Assembly: GCA_002269645.1 (NCBI GenBank)
Contig: NIVC01000496.1
Coordinates: forward strand, 21,164-85,163
Direction: 5' to 3'
Source of the DNA: Macrostomum lignano
Lineage: Eukaryota
DNA: 64,000 nucleotides
Part shown: positions 27,601 through 47,376 of the stretch, in pieces
Layout: each line of letters begins with the position of its first letter
Position numbering within the stretch: position 1 is the stretch's first letter
Made by a program: the position numbers and the translations under genes
Notes under the pieces: model-generated
Databases searched by the model: none
What the model was told of the DNA's origin: nothing
What the model saw: only the letters and a program-made list of their open reading frames with translations

Positions 27601-30600
27601 GTTCATCAACCTTGCGGGCACCTGGGGCTCTTCTGGCAAGCGCCAGCTGTCTGACGGAGTGCGCCAGAACTTCTCCCGCGGCTCCGTCTGCAACTTCGCA
27701 ATGACCACCAGGGCTCCTCTCGGCGAGTTGCGCGGCCTGAAGGTCTGGCACGACAACAGCGGCAAAAAGCCGGGCTGGTTCCTGGAGAAGATACTCATCG
27801 AGGACCTGCAGACCAAGAAGAAGTGAGTTTCTTCTTGTCTTTCTTCCTGTCTAGCTCGTGTTCAGCATGTCCGCCCTTTTGCCGCTTGGCTGGTTTGTTG
27901 CTTTTACATGTAACACTGTGTGGTGGCTTTCAAACTGGATCATCGTTTCAGATGTATCTGTATATGCTCATATTAGTCATGAGTCTCTCCTCGGAACACT
28001 GCGATTCCGGTGGAGGTTCATAGATTCGAGGAATGCACAGGAACCCACTAAATGCCCACGAATTTCACTATTTCAGGAAACTTCACATCTTTAAAATGCT
28101 GGCCTATTTTCATAACTCTTAATTCTGGGCATATCAGGGTGTAAAGAAAGCAAAATTAGGGATAGAATTAGGGATAGAAGGTGGAAATTTTATTTGAATA
28201 GTACAAAGCCTAGCGATTTTTGCGCCTTCCACTAAGTTCATTGCTAAGTCTACGACAATGCGAAACATTTAGCCAATTTAGCACAAGACGTTCAATGTGC
28301 TACACAGTCTGAATCTGCAAATTCCTTGCCCAAACTCACCTGCAGCTATGTCTTCATGTGCGATCAGTGGCTGGCTGAAAACAAGTTTGACAGCCGTACC
28401 ATGCGGGTGCTGCCCGAGGTGAAGCAGGACCAGCGCTTCCAGGAGATGATGCTGCGGTACAAGGCGGGCGGGGTGGTCAACAAGCACGTGATCACGGCGC
28501 TTTTCCGCAAGACCGGCCAGTCTAACTACTCCCGGCTGCAGCGCACAGGTGTGGCCAACGCCATGTTCTTCCTCACAATGGTGTGCAATGCCATGTGGTA
28601 CGGCAAGGGAGACGACCTGGATGCCGAGGCTAACTTCAGCATCGACCTCGGCCCGATTTCGGTCACCTGGTTCCAGCTGTACTCTGGCATTCTCTCCATG
28701 GCCATCACCTACCCCTGCATCTTCGCGGCGGCTGAAATCTTCCGCCGAACAAAGAAATGGCAGCGTCGCTGGAGCGAGGACGATGTGGAGAGCAAGAAGA
28801 AGGAAATTCGGCTGCCCAAGGGCTTCCTGGTCATCGGCTGGGGCCTCCTGCTCCTGGGCGTAGGGCTGAGTTTCTTCTTCACCTTCCTTTACAGCATCGA
28901 ATGGGGCAAGGAAAAGGCCAACGGCTGGCTCAAGAGCTTCTTCCTGGGAATCCTGCAGTTGGTGGTGGTCACAGATCCCATCTGCCTGCTTATCGTGTTC
29001 GTCGTGGCCAAGAAGATCTTCGGCCAGAAAGAGTCGGAGGAAAACGTCTTCGAGCTGGATGATCTCATTAATGATGATCTCAAGCAGGTGAGGAGCCGAA
29101 ACGATATGTTAATTGGTGGTAGTTATAGATAATTTAGTTCCGTATCTCTATTCTTGTAGCTATCTTTGAAAAGCTACAGCAATAAATGCTATTTTGATGT
29201 ATCTTCCTTCATGCGGCATTTGTCTGTCCTCGCTCCGATCACAACAGTTGCTGCCATCTAAATGGTGCTTCCACAACTCATGCCACACCTTACACACTTT
29301 CAGGTCCTGGATGGCACTGAATACGCTCCCCCGGACCCGACTCGGATGGAGGAAATCCGAGCTGAGCGCCGAAACAACCAGAAGATGTCGCAGACATTCA
29401 CGGACGTGATGTCCTATGTGGTGTACATGTTCCTCCTCGTCGCTCTGGCTTACGACTCACGTGACCAGGTCAGCTTCCGCCAGAACCAAAACTTAAAAGA
29501 CCAATTCCTCACGGCCGCGCCAACCCGGTTCAATGACTTTAAGCACGTTTTCGACTGGCTGAATGGCAGCATCGTGCCCAGACTGTACCGAACCACCGAA
29601 TACAACGGCGAACCACTCACTGGAGACCTCAAAGATGCGATCGACACGTGTGACTGCATCAAGCAGGGACCATTCAGGCTGAGGCAGCTGAGGGTCAATC
29701 CACGTGAGTCTAGGCTTTCCTAGTTGAAAATATTTGGGACTTATAGGATCCACTGCTTCTGGGGTTGCCACTGGATGGATTTAGCAGGTGGCTGCAGCAA
29801 CCAGCCCTATCTCCCACAGGCAAGTGCCCGGTAACGTGGCCGTTCAAGGCGTACCCCCAGAAATCGTGGATCTGCTCATCGGACTTCTCTCCCCAAGCGG
29901 CGGACCAGGCGGTTTACCGTCCGCTGTGGCTGCCCGACAGCAACGGCTGGGTGCGGAATGCGTCATTGCAAATGCGGGCAAAGTCGCAGATCAAGCGAAT
30001 GCGGCCGGATGAAATCGTTCTACAAGCCTTTTGGTACCGTAGCGCTGACTCCATGATGAGCTTCCCGTTCGAGGGCGCCTTCACAACCTACCCGGGTGAT
30101 GGCTATGCAGCCACGCTCGGGCTCAACAGTGCTGAGGCCATGTGAGTCCCAAACTCAAACGCTCACGCTGCTGAACGCTGTAGTTTTGTGAAAAGTGGCG
30201 GTGTGAAAAACTTGCAAAAAAGAAGCATATTCTCCCTGGTTTGAAGCGAAATGCATACAAACGCCTTAAAACTTTTTTCGTTTTTTTCCTATCGTGGACC
30301 CACAGGTGGATCATCAACCGGCTGCGGGCCACCAACTGGTTGGACGAGAAGACTCGAGCCATGTTCCTGGAGGGCACGGTGTACAACGCCAACACCAACC
30401 TGTTCACCACCATACAGATCCTGTTGGAGTTCCCGGCCGCAGGCGGAATTCTCACCTACAAGAACGGAGTCCGCACCTACCGCCTGTACAACTACACCGG
30501 CGGCAAAGGCATCATCCTCATGGCCATGCAGGGCCTGTTCGCCCTCATCTGCCTGTACCAGATCTATCGGGAGACGCGCAGCCTTCTCACGCTACGACTC

Positions 30601-33600
30601 AAGTACTTCGATGACCTGTGGAACAAGATCGAGTTCGTTAACATCCTGCTGTGCATCACAATCATGATCACGTACGGCATCCGCATCAAAATCACCATCG
30701 ACTCCATCGAGCTGATGATGAACAATAGGGGTGAGGGGCGGTGCTCGATTTAGTGAATTTGTTGTGAATTCTATTCCTGGCTGCGTGGCGTTTAAAATTT
30801 TTGTTTTGCTAGGCGGAAAAACACGCTGTTGTCACAATAACTCAACAGAAGTTCTAAAACAGCACAATTCCATCCCTTCAGCATGCTGTTGTTTCCCTGC
30901 GTCCCTTCAGTCCTCAGTTTAAGTTGTTGCCGTGTTTAATACACTAGTGCTTGGGAAAAAATGCTGGAGAACAACAGACAGCTGTATTAATTCCCTTTCC
31001 CACAGGAATGTACGTGGCTTTCGACAACGTTATTGAGTGGGTAGAGGCAACATGCGTGGCCATGGCTCTAAGTGTGTTCCTCACGATCTTCCGGGTGCTG
31101 AAGTTCTTGGGCTTCAACAAGCACATCGCCATCCTGCTCGCCACCGTGAAGCAGTGCGCCCGCCAGTTGTCCTCGTTCGGCGTCGCCTTCGTGCTGATCA
31201 TGGCGGCCTTCCTGTCGGCTGGCACGATCCTGTTCTCGTTCACCGAGGCCAGCTTTGCCTCCGTGCTGTCCAGCTGCCGTTCGCTCTTCACCACCGCACT
31301 CGGCATTCAGGGTTACACGCAGATCTTCGTCAACAGCCAGGGCACGACTGCCAGCCTCATCTTTTTTGGCGGCTGGTCTTGCCTGGCGGTCTTTTTTCTG
31401 GTGTCAGTCTTCGTGTCCATCCTCACAGACACCTACAGCGTCGTGGTCAGCGACGGCCTCTATAGCTACGATGAGGAGTTTGTCAACCACATGTGGAGCA
31501 AGTGAGCAAAGTGGTCAAGTGCACCTACTCCCGAATGTGTTAAGTGTAGTTGGTAGGAACTGGTCTTCGAAGAGTTTTGGAGCACATGGAATGTTGTATG
31601 CTGGTGGTGTTCATGGATTAGTCCGGTCCATGTGTTAGTGTGCTATGCACTGGTCTGGCGTATTTGCGTGCCAATCTGTTGGGGCTTTAACTACATACTT
31701 GCAGCATGTGTCGCTAGGCTAACCAGCCTTGATCATTCATTTACCTCATATTGGAATCCAAAATGCACTATGCTGCAAAATCATGCTTTCGAAACTACAG
31801 ATTCATGGGTACTATGGCCAGCATTACGTCAAAGAAGGACGAGCTGGGCGAGGCGCTGCAGAAGAGTGTCAGCGCTGTCAAGCGTCGAATGGGTGAGCCT
31901 AAGTTCAAGGATCAGATACATAACAATCCGTTGCTTTCACTGCTGCTAATTTCTTTTCGCAGTGACGGAGGACGACATCGAGATTCAGCTTAATGAGGAC
32001 CGGCGCCAGGAGTCCGTTGGCGGGGCCGAGGAGAGCTCTGGCGGCAAAAAGGCAAAAGACAGTAAGCCTTGCTCAGTTCTTGGAGCCGGAGACTACTCGT
32101 ATTTATGGATGTACTAATTAGACATAGCTCGTAAAAGTATCTCCAGCACAGCATGTTAAAAGTTCGCGTTTGCGGGTTCGCTCAAATTAGCAAGTATCCA
32201 CAGAATGACACGTGCAAACATATAAAAAGTGCTCTCGAACATAAAGAGCATGTAACCCTACATCTCCCCTTCTCCCCTGGCCCGCAGTCAACCCGGGCTC
32301 AAGATGAAGCTAGCGGTGGTAAACAGGGACAAGCCGGAGACCGGAGAAAGCTACGTCTGGACGCCCAAAGAGACGGGAGATGAGGTGCTCGTTGACGCCG
32401 GTGAGCTGAGCGCCGTTGCCACAGAGGACGCGGAGCCGGGCTGGATCCCCAGGTTCAAGTCAACCGCACTGGACTTGCAGCCGCCAGGACTTGACGACAG
32501 CGGGGCGTCGGCTTTCCGCTTTGACCCGCTGGGCGACAGCGCCAGGTCCGGCCTGCACCTTCTGTGTGTGTGTGTATTAACCTACGGCTCGGGTCCCAGC
32601 CCGCCGAGGAAGGTCGACTCCAGGAAGGTGGACGTCTCAATTGGGTTGTTCCAAAGGTCACTAGGGCAGAGCGGCGTCGGATAGACAGGGCAGTCGAAAA
32701 GATGGACCACCGTTTGGGGCTCCAGACCGCAATCAGGACAGACCGCGGCGACGCCTGGTTTGATTCTCGACTGAAAATCTTGGAGAAGCGGGCAGAAACC
32801 GGAGCGGAGCTGCGCCAGTATGCACCGCATGCGGCGGGGGAGGCAAGTTTCGGAGCGATGGATCGCTGGCCGTTGTGTTTGAATAACACGGTTCTGTGGC
32901 AGGCTGTCCAGCATGGCCTGTACTGCCTGCGTATGCTGGGCCCGCCTGGCGCGATCCCAGGCAGCAGCGTCAAGGACGTCCGGGGCCGGAACCGGCGTCC
33001 AATCAGCATTAAAGTGTTCAGCCGTGAAGATGGAGGCTTTCATGAGTCTGCGCGGCGGCGGAAGGCCAGAAAGGTGGTGACAAGGGAGTTCAGGGCGTCT
33101 AGCGCGAAGCTTGAACTGGAGCGAAAGAAGTCGGTTGTGCTGGCGGACGGTAAGCAACTGGACTTCACTATGAAGATCCGCTTCAGAGGTAAGGGCAGTG
33201 CAGCCGGTGATGCCGCGAATCGCTGCATTCTGGACCGATTGCAGCCGCGTCCAGGACGAGTTGGAGATGATAGGGCCCCAGACCGGAGCAGCATAGTCGA
33301 GCAGGCTTCTGCCTAACGCTTTGAAGGTGGTCAGCAAAAGTTCCTTGCAGCAGCCCCAGGAGGAGCCGGCGAGACAGCGTAGCAGGCAGTTCCTTTTCCG
33401 GGTTTTTTCCGCAAGAGTGGTAACGTGTCTAGCGAAGGAGAGCTTAGGGTCGAAAGTCACACCAAGAATTTTCGGATAGAGGGCTTGCGGTAGTAATGAG
33501 CCGTTGATGGACACGTTCAGTTGACGAGAGTACTCGCGCTGATCCGGACTGAACAGAGTGGAGGAGCACTTTGATGTAGAAATTTGGAGCTTGCGCGACT

Positions 33601-35608
33601 CAAGGAACGGAGCAAGGTCAGCGAGATAGCTGTTCAGTTGTTGTTCAATAGAATAACAGTTTGGGGATGAGGCGGCAACGGTAAGATCGTCAGCGTAACC
33701 AATTAGTTTAGTGGCCGGATTGGATGGCACAGGAGCTTTAGCCAAGTAAAAGGCAAAAAGAAGCGGGCTGATGGCGCTGCCCTGTGGAACTCCCATGCGA
33801 ACCTGCCGCCACTTCGACTTAAAGTCTCGCATGACGGTCCGAGCTTGACGACCAAGAATGTAGTTGGCAAGCCAGGCCTTAACAGTGTTAGGAAGATCAG
33901 ACTCGGCGAGATCAGAGAGTAATTCGTAGTGGTCAACGCAGTCGAATGCCATCCGAAGGTCGATCGCGCTAACGCCGGTCCTGGCCGGCGGTTTTGGCAA
34001 ACAAAAACCTGAGCAGATCTGCTCAACCAGTTGGCAGAGGGCGGTCACGGTGGAGTGATGCGGACGAAAGCCATGTTGCCAGGCCGGGAGCTGGAGGTGG
34101 TCAGTCAGTAGCGGAAGCAGGATCTTCTCCAGAATTTTGACGAGCGGCGAGAGAAAGGAGATAGGGCGATACGACGCACCATCGTCCTGCGGTTTACCAT
34201 CCTTCAGAAGGGGACAGATTAAGGACTTCTTCCAGACCGCCGGGATCTCATTGTAAGCGATTGAGCGATTGAAGAGGTTTCGGAGCACAGCCTTCGCCTT
34301 CGGACCAAAGTGCCTAATGACGAGCGGGCAGATTCCATCAGGGCCGATGGCCTTGGAGGGTTTGGACCGCTTGATGGCCATTTCGATGTCGTCAGTCGAG
34401 AAGACAGGGGCGTCTTCAGCGGCACGAGCAAGGCCCTTAAGACGTCGACGAACGACGCGCATCTGCGGGTTGGAGCAGTGAAGGCGCGGCCTCGTGAACT
34501 GACAGTTGAGACGGTCCGCAGTTTCGGCACCAGAAAGGGCCTGTTTTCCGTTAAACTTTAAAATGACATTCTTATCCGCGTTAGGACGACCGGTCAGCTT
34601 TTTAAGAGTGGACCAGATTCTAGAGGACGGGGCAGGCTGGTTGCCATTCTCTAAGAGAAATTCGTTCCAGCGCACCCGTCTCTCCGCTTCCAGACTTGAG
34701 TTGATTTGTGCTTGAAGGTCCGCGATACCGGGGTCCGACGGGTTGTTGGTGCGAAGAGCGTCGCGCGCAGATAAGAGTTGACTAATTTCCGGTGAGCAGG
34801 GATCCGGGCTCTGCTGTTTGAAACGACCCTCCGGGATCGCAGTCTTCATGGCCGACAGGATCAGCTTACGGAAGGCAGCTTCTTGAGTATGAGCAGAACC
34901 GGTGCCGGTGAAGTTGTCCAGAGAGCTCTCGAGGGTATTGGTGAAGAGCTCCCAGTCTGCCCTCCTAAAATTGATGAAGCATCTACGAGCCGCGGTGGTC
35001 GCCATACTGGACACACCCAACGAGATGATGATGGGCAGATGATCGCTAGAGAGTGTGTGAAGAATGTCGTAGTCGGCCTTCAGGAGTAAAGATTGATGGA
35101 CAGCCGTAACGTCAGGGGTCGAGGGAGGTCCGTTGCTAGGCAGTCTGGATTGGGCTGGCGTGGATAGAAAGTCGAAAGGAGCTTGTTCGACCTGGAGGGC
35201 AAGCAGGTCCCCGCGCGTTCTGTCGTCGAAGCCTGCGGCTCTGCCACCACTGCAGGTGAGTTGCTTTGGTGTGCAAAAAGATAGCGCTCAGAGTCAAATA
35301 CAGCTTCGAGCGCGTCCATGAGTGAATCCAATAAGGATCACTAAGGAAAAAGCTCACAATAAGGATGATTAAGGATGATCTGGATGATTAAAATACGTGT
35401 ACTTCAGCATATTCGTACTGCATTTATCCCAAAATTGCACTGTAGCTAAAAGTTCAGTAACTGGTCAAACTTGAATTTGCTCATGCGATCTCTGTCTCGA
35501 CAGGCTGATGAAAAAAAAGCGAAAAAGAAATCCAAGAAGGACAAGCGGCAGCCTGGCTCAGGCTCTGGTACTGATGAGACGCCGAAGCAGCTAGACTCGG
35601 AGATTTAA
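15661..35608 (+). CDS. Polycystin-1-like (PKD1L family) protein: signal peptide, N-terminal PLAT/LH2, 13 TSP1 repeats, GAIN with degenerate GPS, TM1, cytoplasmic PLAT, TM2-5, TOP and PKD channel (11 TM); penultimate exon interrupted by a LINE
   Basis: Exons 15661-15739, 16556-16706, 17040-17136, 17418-17499, 17837-18013, 18448-18618, 18919-19089, 21080-21250, 21371-21541, 21720-21890, 22626-22967, 23163-23333, 23854-24024, 24503-24673, 24800-24970, 25076-25393, 25481-25557, 25653-25994, 26088-26246, 26406-27077, 27497-27822, 28346-29087, 29304-29703, 29820-30141, 30306-30730, 31006-31501, 31801-31892, 31963-32011 or 32061, 32288-32564 joined to 35244-35255, 35504-35608. All GT-AG and phase-consistent except the 31963 exon, which is in frame only with the 32012 donor. 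Motifs [72 protein letters not shown]. Confidence 0.9.
15866..16236. repeat. 38-bp minisatellite (~10 copies), PKD1L intron 1
   Basis: Unit CTCTCGAACTAAGTGCCAGAGTCTTGAACTAGCTCTAA. Confidence 0.95.
16240..16330 (+). mobile_element. Short mariner-like transposase relic
   Basis: Peptide [15 protein letters not shown] resembles the mariner SK(V)K.ML.VFFD..G motif; no TIRs identified. Confidence 0.35.
16688..17000 (+). repeat. 62-65-bp tandem repeat x5 spanning the PKD1L exon 2 donor
   Basis: ATGTTCACACCGGGAAA|GTGAG repeated; GT at 16707, 16769, 16833, 16898, 16963. Confidence 0.9.
17515..17830. repeat. 55-56-bp minisatellite, PKD1L intron 4
   Basis: Unit GCTCCATGCTATGACATTCCCATGACCCATGTGAGCACCGACACTGTGCTTTCCT. 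Confidence 0.9.
18048..18230. repeat. 20-bp minisatellite (GCTGGACATGCAACTGGATA) x~9
   Basis: Tandem copies visible in PKD1L intron 5. Confidence 0.9.
19490..20485. repeat. 71-bp minisatellite x~14, PKD1L intron 7
   Basis: Unit CCATGAGCTGCTGGTCCTCAATGTGGACTGCAGCTTCAGTAGCTCTGGCACAAATCCTCACGCAATTCTGT; period 71. Confidence 0.95.
20822..21018. repeat. 30-bp palindromic minisatellite x~6
   Basis: Unit CCATCAGTCAGCGGATCCTCAGCTGATGGC; contains the CCATCAG/CTGATGG inverted pair. Confidence 0.9.
21880..22386 (+). repeat. ~44-bp tandem repeat x12 spanning the PKD1L exon 10 donor
   Basis: CCTGCCCGA|GTGAGTGACAGCCGCTGCTC...; GT at 21891, 21935, 21979, 22024, 22068, 22112, 22156, 22200, 22245, 22291, 22335, 22381. 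Confidence 0.95.
23995..24195 (+). repeat. 51-52-bp tandem repeat x4 spanning the PKD1L exon 13 donor
   Basis: CACCGCCTGCGACATCCCCGTCTGCCCCG|GTGAGGCCCGCCCTG; GT at 24025, 24076, 24128, 24180. Confidence 0.95.
32565..35239 (-). mobile_element. 5'-truncated non-LTR retrotransposon (LINE): partial APE endonuclease, intact RT, C-terminal Cys/His knuckle, (CA)n tail
   Basis: Open frame from the 5' junction through [47 protein letters not shown] and C..CG...TV.HLF.C to the stop at 32582; (TG)n on + at 32563-32575; TCTG duplicated at 32561-32564 and 35240-35243. Clade not determined. Confidence 0.93.
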
Positions 35609-36928
35609 AGTTCAGCTCACCCGAGATCAGAGATCTGATGCACACACACACACACACCGAACAATGAGCCACGTTGACTCCATTCAAAACTGATTCAAAC
35701 CGACGGAAATTGAAATACCCCAATTACACGAGACTTATTTTCTCACCTTTTAATTCACATTCCTGGCATTAAGGATCCGTGTTACGCTTCGGTCTTTTTA
35801 CTTTTGGCTTCCTACTCAAAGTAGAGGGTCGCGAATCGTGCTGTCAGTTTACAATGTAGAGTTCAATCCCAATGTAGCCCGAGCAGCGCACGCCTGCAAA
35901 CCCCGATTGTGAACAGAGAAATTTTCAGGCGCCAAAACAATATTCAGTTGTAGGAGCCTTAATGGTCCAGATTAAATTCTGCAGGGCCAATCGATTCCGC
36001 ATTTCTGTCGAATCAATCATCGAGATCGTGACTCAGCAAACTCTGCACTGCCTTATTGTTTTAGCAGCTCCCAGTGGAGAAGAGGGTGAAATTGCTGACG
36101 GACTGACTCAGCAAGCACTGGGTGCAGTGACTGCAGCGCGGTGTGCGAAATTCCCCTAGCGAGATTCCAGTCTGCTTTTCGTCCCCCTAATAAAAGCCAA
36201 AAAGCATTACTGAGGACAGAAACACTGCAGCAATTCTTCAACACACAGTTCTGTCCACAGATACTCGTAAAAGCAGAAAAATTCTTAGATTTATTTTGTC
36301 ACAGAAATCAGCGAATACTCGAGCGACTGGTCGAAGGGGTCAGGCATGGGAACGTCAAGAGACTGCATTAAAGCAAGAACTGGGAATAAATGAGAGGACA
36401 GAAGGAATGCATTGACCCAGGCAGCTTGGGCTCAGCTGGGCCAGGCACAACAAGAAACAAGAAAGCAGATAAAACTAACAAGTAAAAGAATACAATATCT
36501 CAAACACCAGTTGGCGGAAGCAGTCAAATCAAACAGTGAAGCCCCTATGGCGAGAATATGGCTGTCTCAGAAAAAACGACATAGAAGCACAGAAGCGTAG
36601 AGCAGCATTGGCTTGAGCTGTGCTCACTGCCAGCCCGTACAGCTAGAAGCTTGCGAGGAAGTGGGCAGAGAGAAATGAAGCCACACTGCGCCGTACAGTG
36701 GCTTGATGCCATCAAATTCGTGCCTGATATTAGAAGTTTATATTTGAAAATTCTGTTCTTTCCACAGGAATTTAGCAGACTTTCGTAGAGTTTGGAGGAA
36801 AAAGGAAGAGCGGGCAATGCGAGCGGCAGGCAGGCAACTGTGAGCCCTGGAACTGTGCTTTGTCTGAACTGCAAAACTGAACAAGCAGAGCCGGTGCCGA
36901 ACAGTTCGTTCAGGTGGAAAATTCACAA

Positions 36929-43836
<6,908 letters not shown>

Positions 43837-45008
43837 TTTCAATACCGAAACGAATTATTGAAAGTTGAAGAAATTTGAAACAAAGCAGAAAACGACCAGG
43901 TATATTTGGTTTTAGCACAATTTATTAAATCTGTAAAGTGTTATTAATTAGTATTGAAAGTTGAAACAATTTAATCTCAAATTACAGTTCACAGTAATAA
44001 TGGTTATCAAATGGAAAATGCAAAGTAGCTGTGTTCGCAAACTAGCTAGCTGCACTAGAAAAGTAATTAACTGAAACATTCTGTTTATGATAGGTCATAA
44101 AGTGATGTTCTTCGCAGTTTATGAATTTTGAATTTTATGAATTTTAATATTTTATACATCTATTTTACCTCTTGGGACAGTCCAGTAATAATACTTCTTG
44201 CAAAGCTTTAATTTGTTTTACTTTCTGACGTGTTATAACTGGGTTTTAGATGTGTTTACTATCATTTTCTTCATTTAATGAAATTAAAAACTCAAAGTAA
44301 ACTGATAATTCCTACTAATTGCTAGTTTTCCGTGCCTGAGATTTAGACATTATGATCACCACTCCGCTTTTTTTGTCTAGCTTAAATTGCCTTAAATAGA
44401 AGCATGCAGCTCAGCAGTGAATGTGGCTTTGGAAGGCTGCTTTCAGCAAAATCCCTACTGCAAAAGTGCTGATGGTCATCAAGTTGTCTTTGGTAATTAT
44501 TTTTTGGGTTGAACACCACCTGGATCAGTTTGGAGTGGCTGCCGTACTTCATGTTGAACACTAGCAGTGAAGTCACCACTGATCAATGAGTTTACATGTA
44601 TACGTGTAGATCTGATCCCAAGTGTCAGAGTCGCGGTTAACCCGAGCTCGGAGTGCCGATCAGTTCGGCTCTTTGAAACTTTGTGATGATCAAAAAATGT
44701 AAGTCACTGCAGAGCAACGTGAAAACACCACAGGACGACCTAAATCGGAAAAAAGAAGTTATGTTAGAATACCATATATACGGTTGAATAGGATCCGCTG
44801 GTCTTTTTCAAATTACTATTCTTATTTTCAGTATTGGCCTTTCGAATTTTAATTGTACATGGTAGAATTGCAGTGTTGATGGCAGAGATATGAATTTACA
44901 TGTAAGGAAGCTTGCACGAGCCATTAATTACATGTGGTTACTTCAGTATTTACTTACCTACTTAGTACTTACTTCACTTAAAGCTATAGCTTTTGAGTTA
45001 CACTTTAA

Positions 45009-46297
45009 CCATTTGGAAGCCAAAGGCCTGCACTGCAGGCCATACCGAAACGGCTCAAAAACCCAGAGATTGAAAAATGTCTATGGCATGAAAAACCATC
45101 TCCCAGTCACTAAAGCAAGTGCCCAGTATGGCCTGCTGTGCAGGTCATGATTAATTTAAAGAAGCCCTGCATTATGCATTTCCGTTATGTTTTCACTCAA
45201 ATGTTAAATGTGAAATAAGCGTGCACAGTGAAAACATGAGGTGATGCACAAATTTATGGTCGTATTAAATTTTAATCTCCTCACTACTGACCTACGAGTA
45301 TTAGTATTAGTATTAGTATAGTATTAGTATTAGTATAACTAGTTTTAAACAAATACAAAATTTAACTGCATGGTTCCAAACAAAACCCCCTGCTCTGGTC
45401 GATAGGTTTCGCGACAAATTCGGCTAATCAAGTCCAGAAAAGGCCTTACTTTGCACAGTGGGTCGTTGATATCGAACTCTCGGCAGTCGTAGCACCGGAA
45501 GTAGGCCAGTAGCTGAAGAAATCGCCAACGGGGAAGGCTCTCGGCTTGCTGAAAGTATGGATTCCGATACATGACGTCTGTGGACCAGTAGTGGCGTATG
45601 GTCGGCTTGCTGTTGATGCCCATGAAGAACACCATGCCCAGAAACTTTTTCATCTCGGCCACACAGCATGGTTTAAGAGCAGACAGTCCAGCAGGCAACT
45701 CTTCCTCGCCAGTTTCTGCACTCTCCTGCTGAAACTCCCTGACTGACAACCAAATTCTCTCATTGGTCCATGTGACAAGACTGGTGAGAAACTCTTCAGT
45801 CAGGAAGATTGATAAAAATTCCGCCATACTTTCGTCTGGATTTTCTGGCAGATCGATGCTTGGATTGATGGTCGAAAACCCTCGGAATTCCGGCACCCGG
45901 TCGTGGTCAAACGAGTTGTCACTTCCAGGGGCTACTTCAACCCATTCCGCGGCCGCCTCATCTTGGCTCTGATCAGTTTCTGGATCCATGCTTTCCGACT
46001 CCGTTTCTGACTCAAAAACCGTCGACTCATCGCTTGATAAAGCGTCATCCGAATCGGAATCGAGTCCCAGTCTGCGCAAGGCATCACTTTTAGCTGTCCT
46101 TTTCGGGCGCGTAGAAGCCATTTGTGAGTAGGAAGGTTTGAACAGGAGCTAGCAGAAAAACTCTGTGGTATACTTTACTTCTGGGCTTTTAGGGTGTGCA
46201 CTCGATTCAGAAAAAAAGACAAATTTGTCTATGGACTGCTCTGCAGGCCTTTGGGCTTTTAAGCGATCTTACAGAACCAAGCTTGGGCGCGAAGTGG
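45009..46297 (-). mobile_element. Internally deleted piggyBac element with N-terminal transposase ORF (46121-45345)
   Basis: TTAA on both flanks (45005-45008, 46298-46301); imperfect CCA(T/C)TT ends; subterminal inverted match CCAAAGGCCTGCA / TGCAGGCCTTTGG. ORF has an acidic N-terminus, EMKKFLG..F.MGI..KP.I..YWS.D, RF..L and DPL.KVRPFLD, and stops before the catalytic DDD region. Confidence 0.85.
45296..45337. repeat. (TAGTAT)n microsatellite near the piggyBac deletion point
   Basis: Directly visible. Confidence 0.85.
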
Positions 46298-47376
46298 TTA
46301 ATCAGAAATAACTCAGAAACAAATTGAACCGCGTTTGCAAAATGCTTTCTTTATTTGCTAAGCACTGTTGCTCTGCTCAAATAGAAAATATTTAGATAAC
46401 ATATGAGCTAAATTGCTATAGGCTGGGTGTTCATCACAATAGAATTTGATAATATGCTACTGCAGGTGAAAGGGGAAGGAGGATTGGCTAGTGCATCGCA
46501 GGTCTGCACTGAAACTAAAATGGCGCACTTGACGGTATCATTTTTGAGAGTGCTTGAAGTCGGAGATGAAAGAGGATAAGATAATGGGAGGCAATTTATC
46601 TGTCTGCTCACATCGAGTCCCCTGCGCATCGCATTAACTGCAGGCACAGCTCAATCACACCACCTTGACCGCAGCTGACTTTGAGGACGCCAACAGCCTC
46701 GGCTGCTCTGGCCCGGACCGACCTACTCAAACTATATGCTGACTCTGCTACTCAATACAAATGACACAATGGGACGATCACAGCAGTGTTCTAATCTCAT
46801 GGCTAACGATCATGAATCGCACAATAATATTCTCAGTAATTGTGCAGGCAAGTATACGTCGTAGTATTAGATGATGGCCAGCAGCGACGCCGAAGTGGAA
46901 CATTCATCAATTCATTTTTTAGCTACAGCATGCATGGTTTTGCATTGGAGAAGCTTCGAGTAATCGAACGAATCAAATGCTTTCAGTACCAAACTTCGCT
47001 CCAGTGCTTTGATTTGAAAGCTGACTGCCCGTGGTAAACGGCTGGATTACAGCCAGGGCGGCCAACACTCACCGCATACGAGAATATTCTCTGAGCCAAC
47101 CCGCTGCAAAGCTGAAAATGCAACGATGAAATCGAAAGCTTTCTTAAAGGTACGCGTATCACTGAACCATTTTGTGAGCAATAGAGGTGAGGGGCGCTGA
47201 TGATAACAGGTGGGAGATGCCTTTGGCAGTCGGCCCGTTCTATGGAGTAATAATTTGCGTTAGGAATAATAGAGGCTTGGAGTGCAGCGATTAATCAGGA
47301 AAAGAATACTATATGCCAGACTGGCAGCGATTATGCGTGAGACAAATGGGATTAGAGCGAGGTTCCGCAGATGTGG

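Noticed and set aside
32564-33316. + strand 250-aa ORF
   Set aside because: Antisense shadow of the LINE RT ORF.
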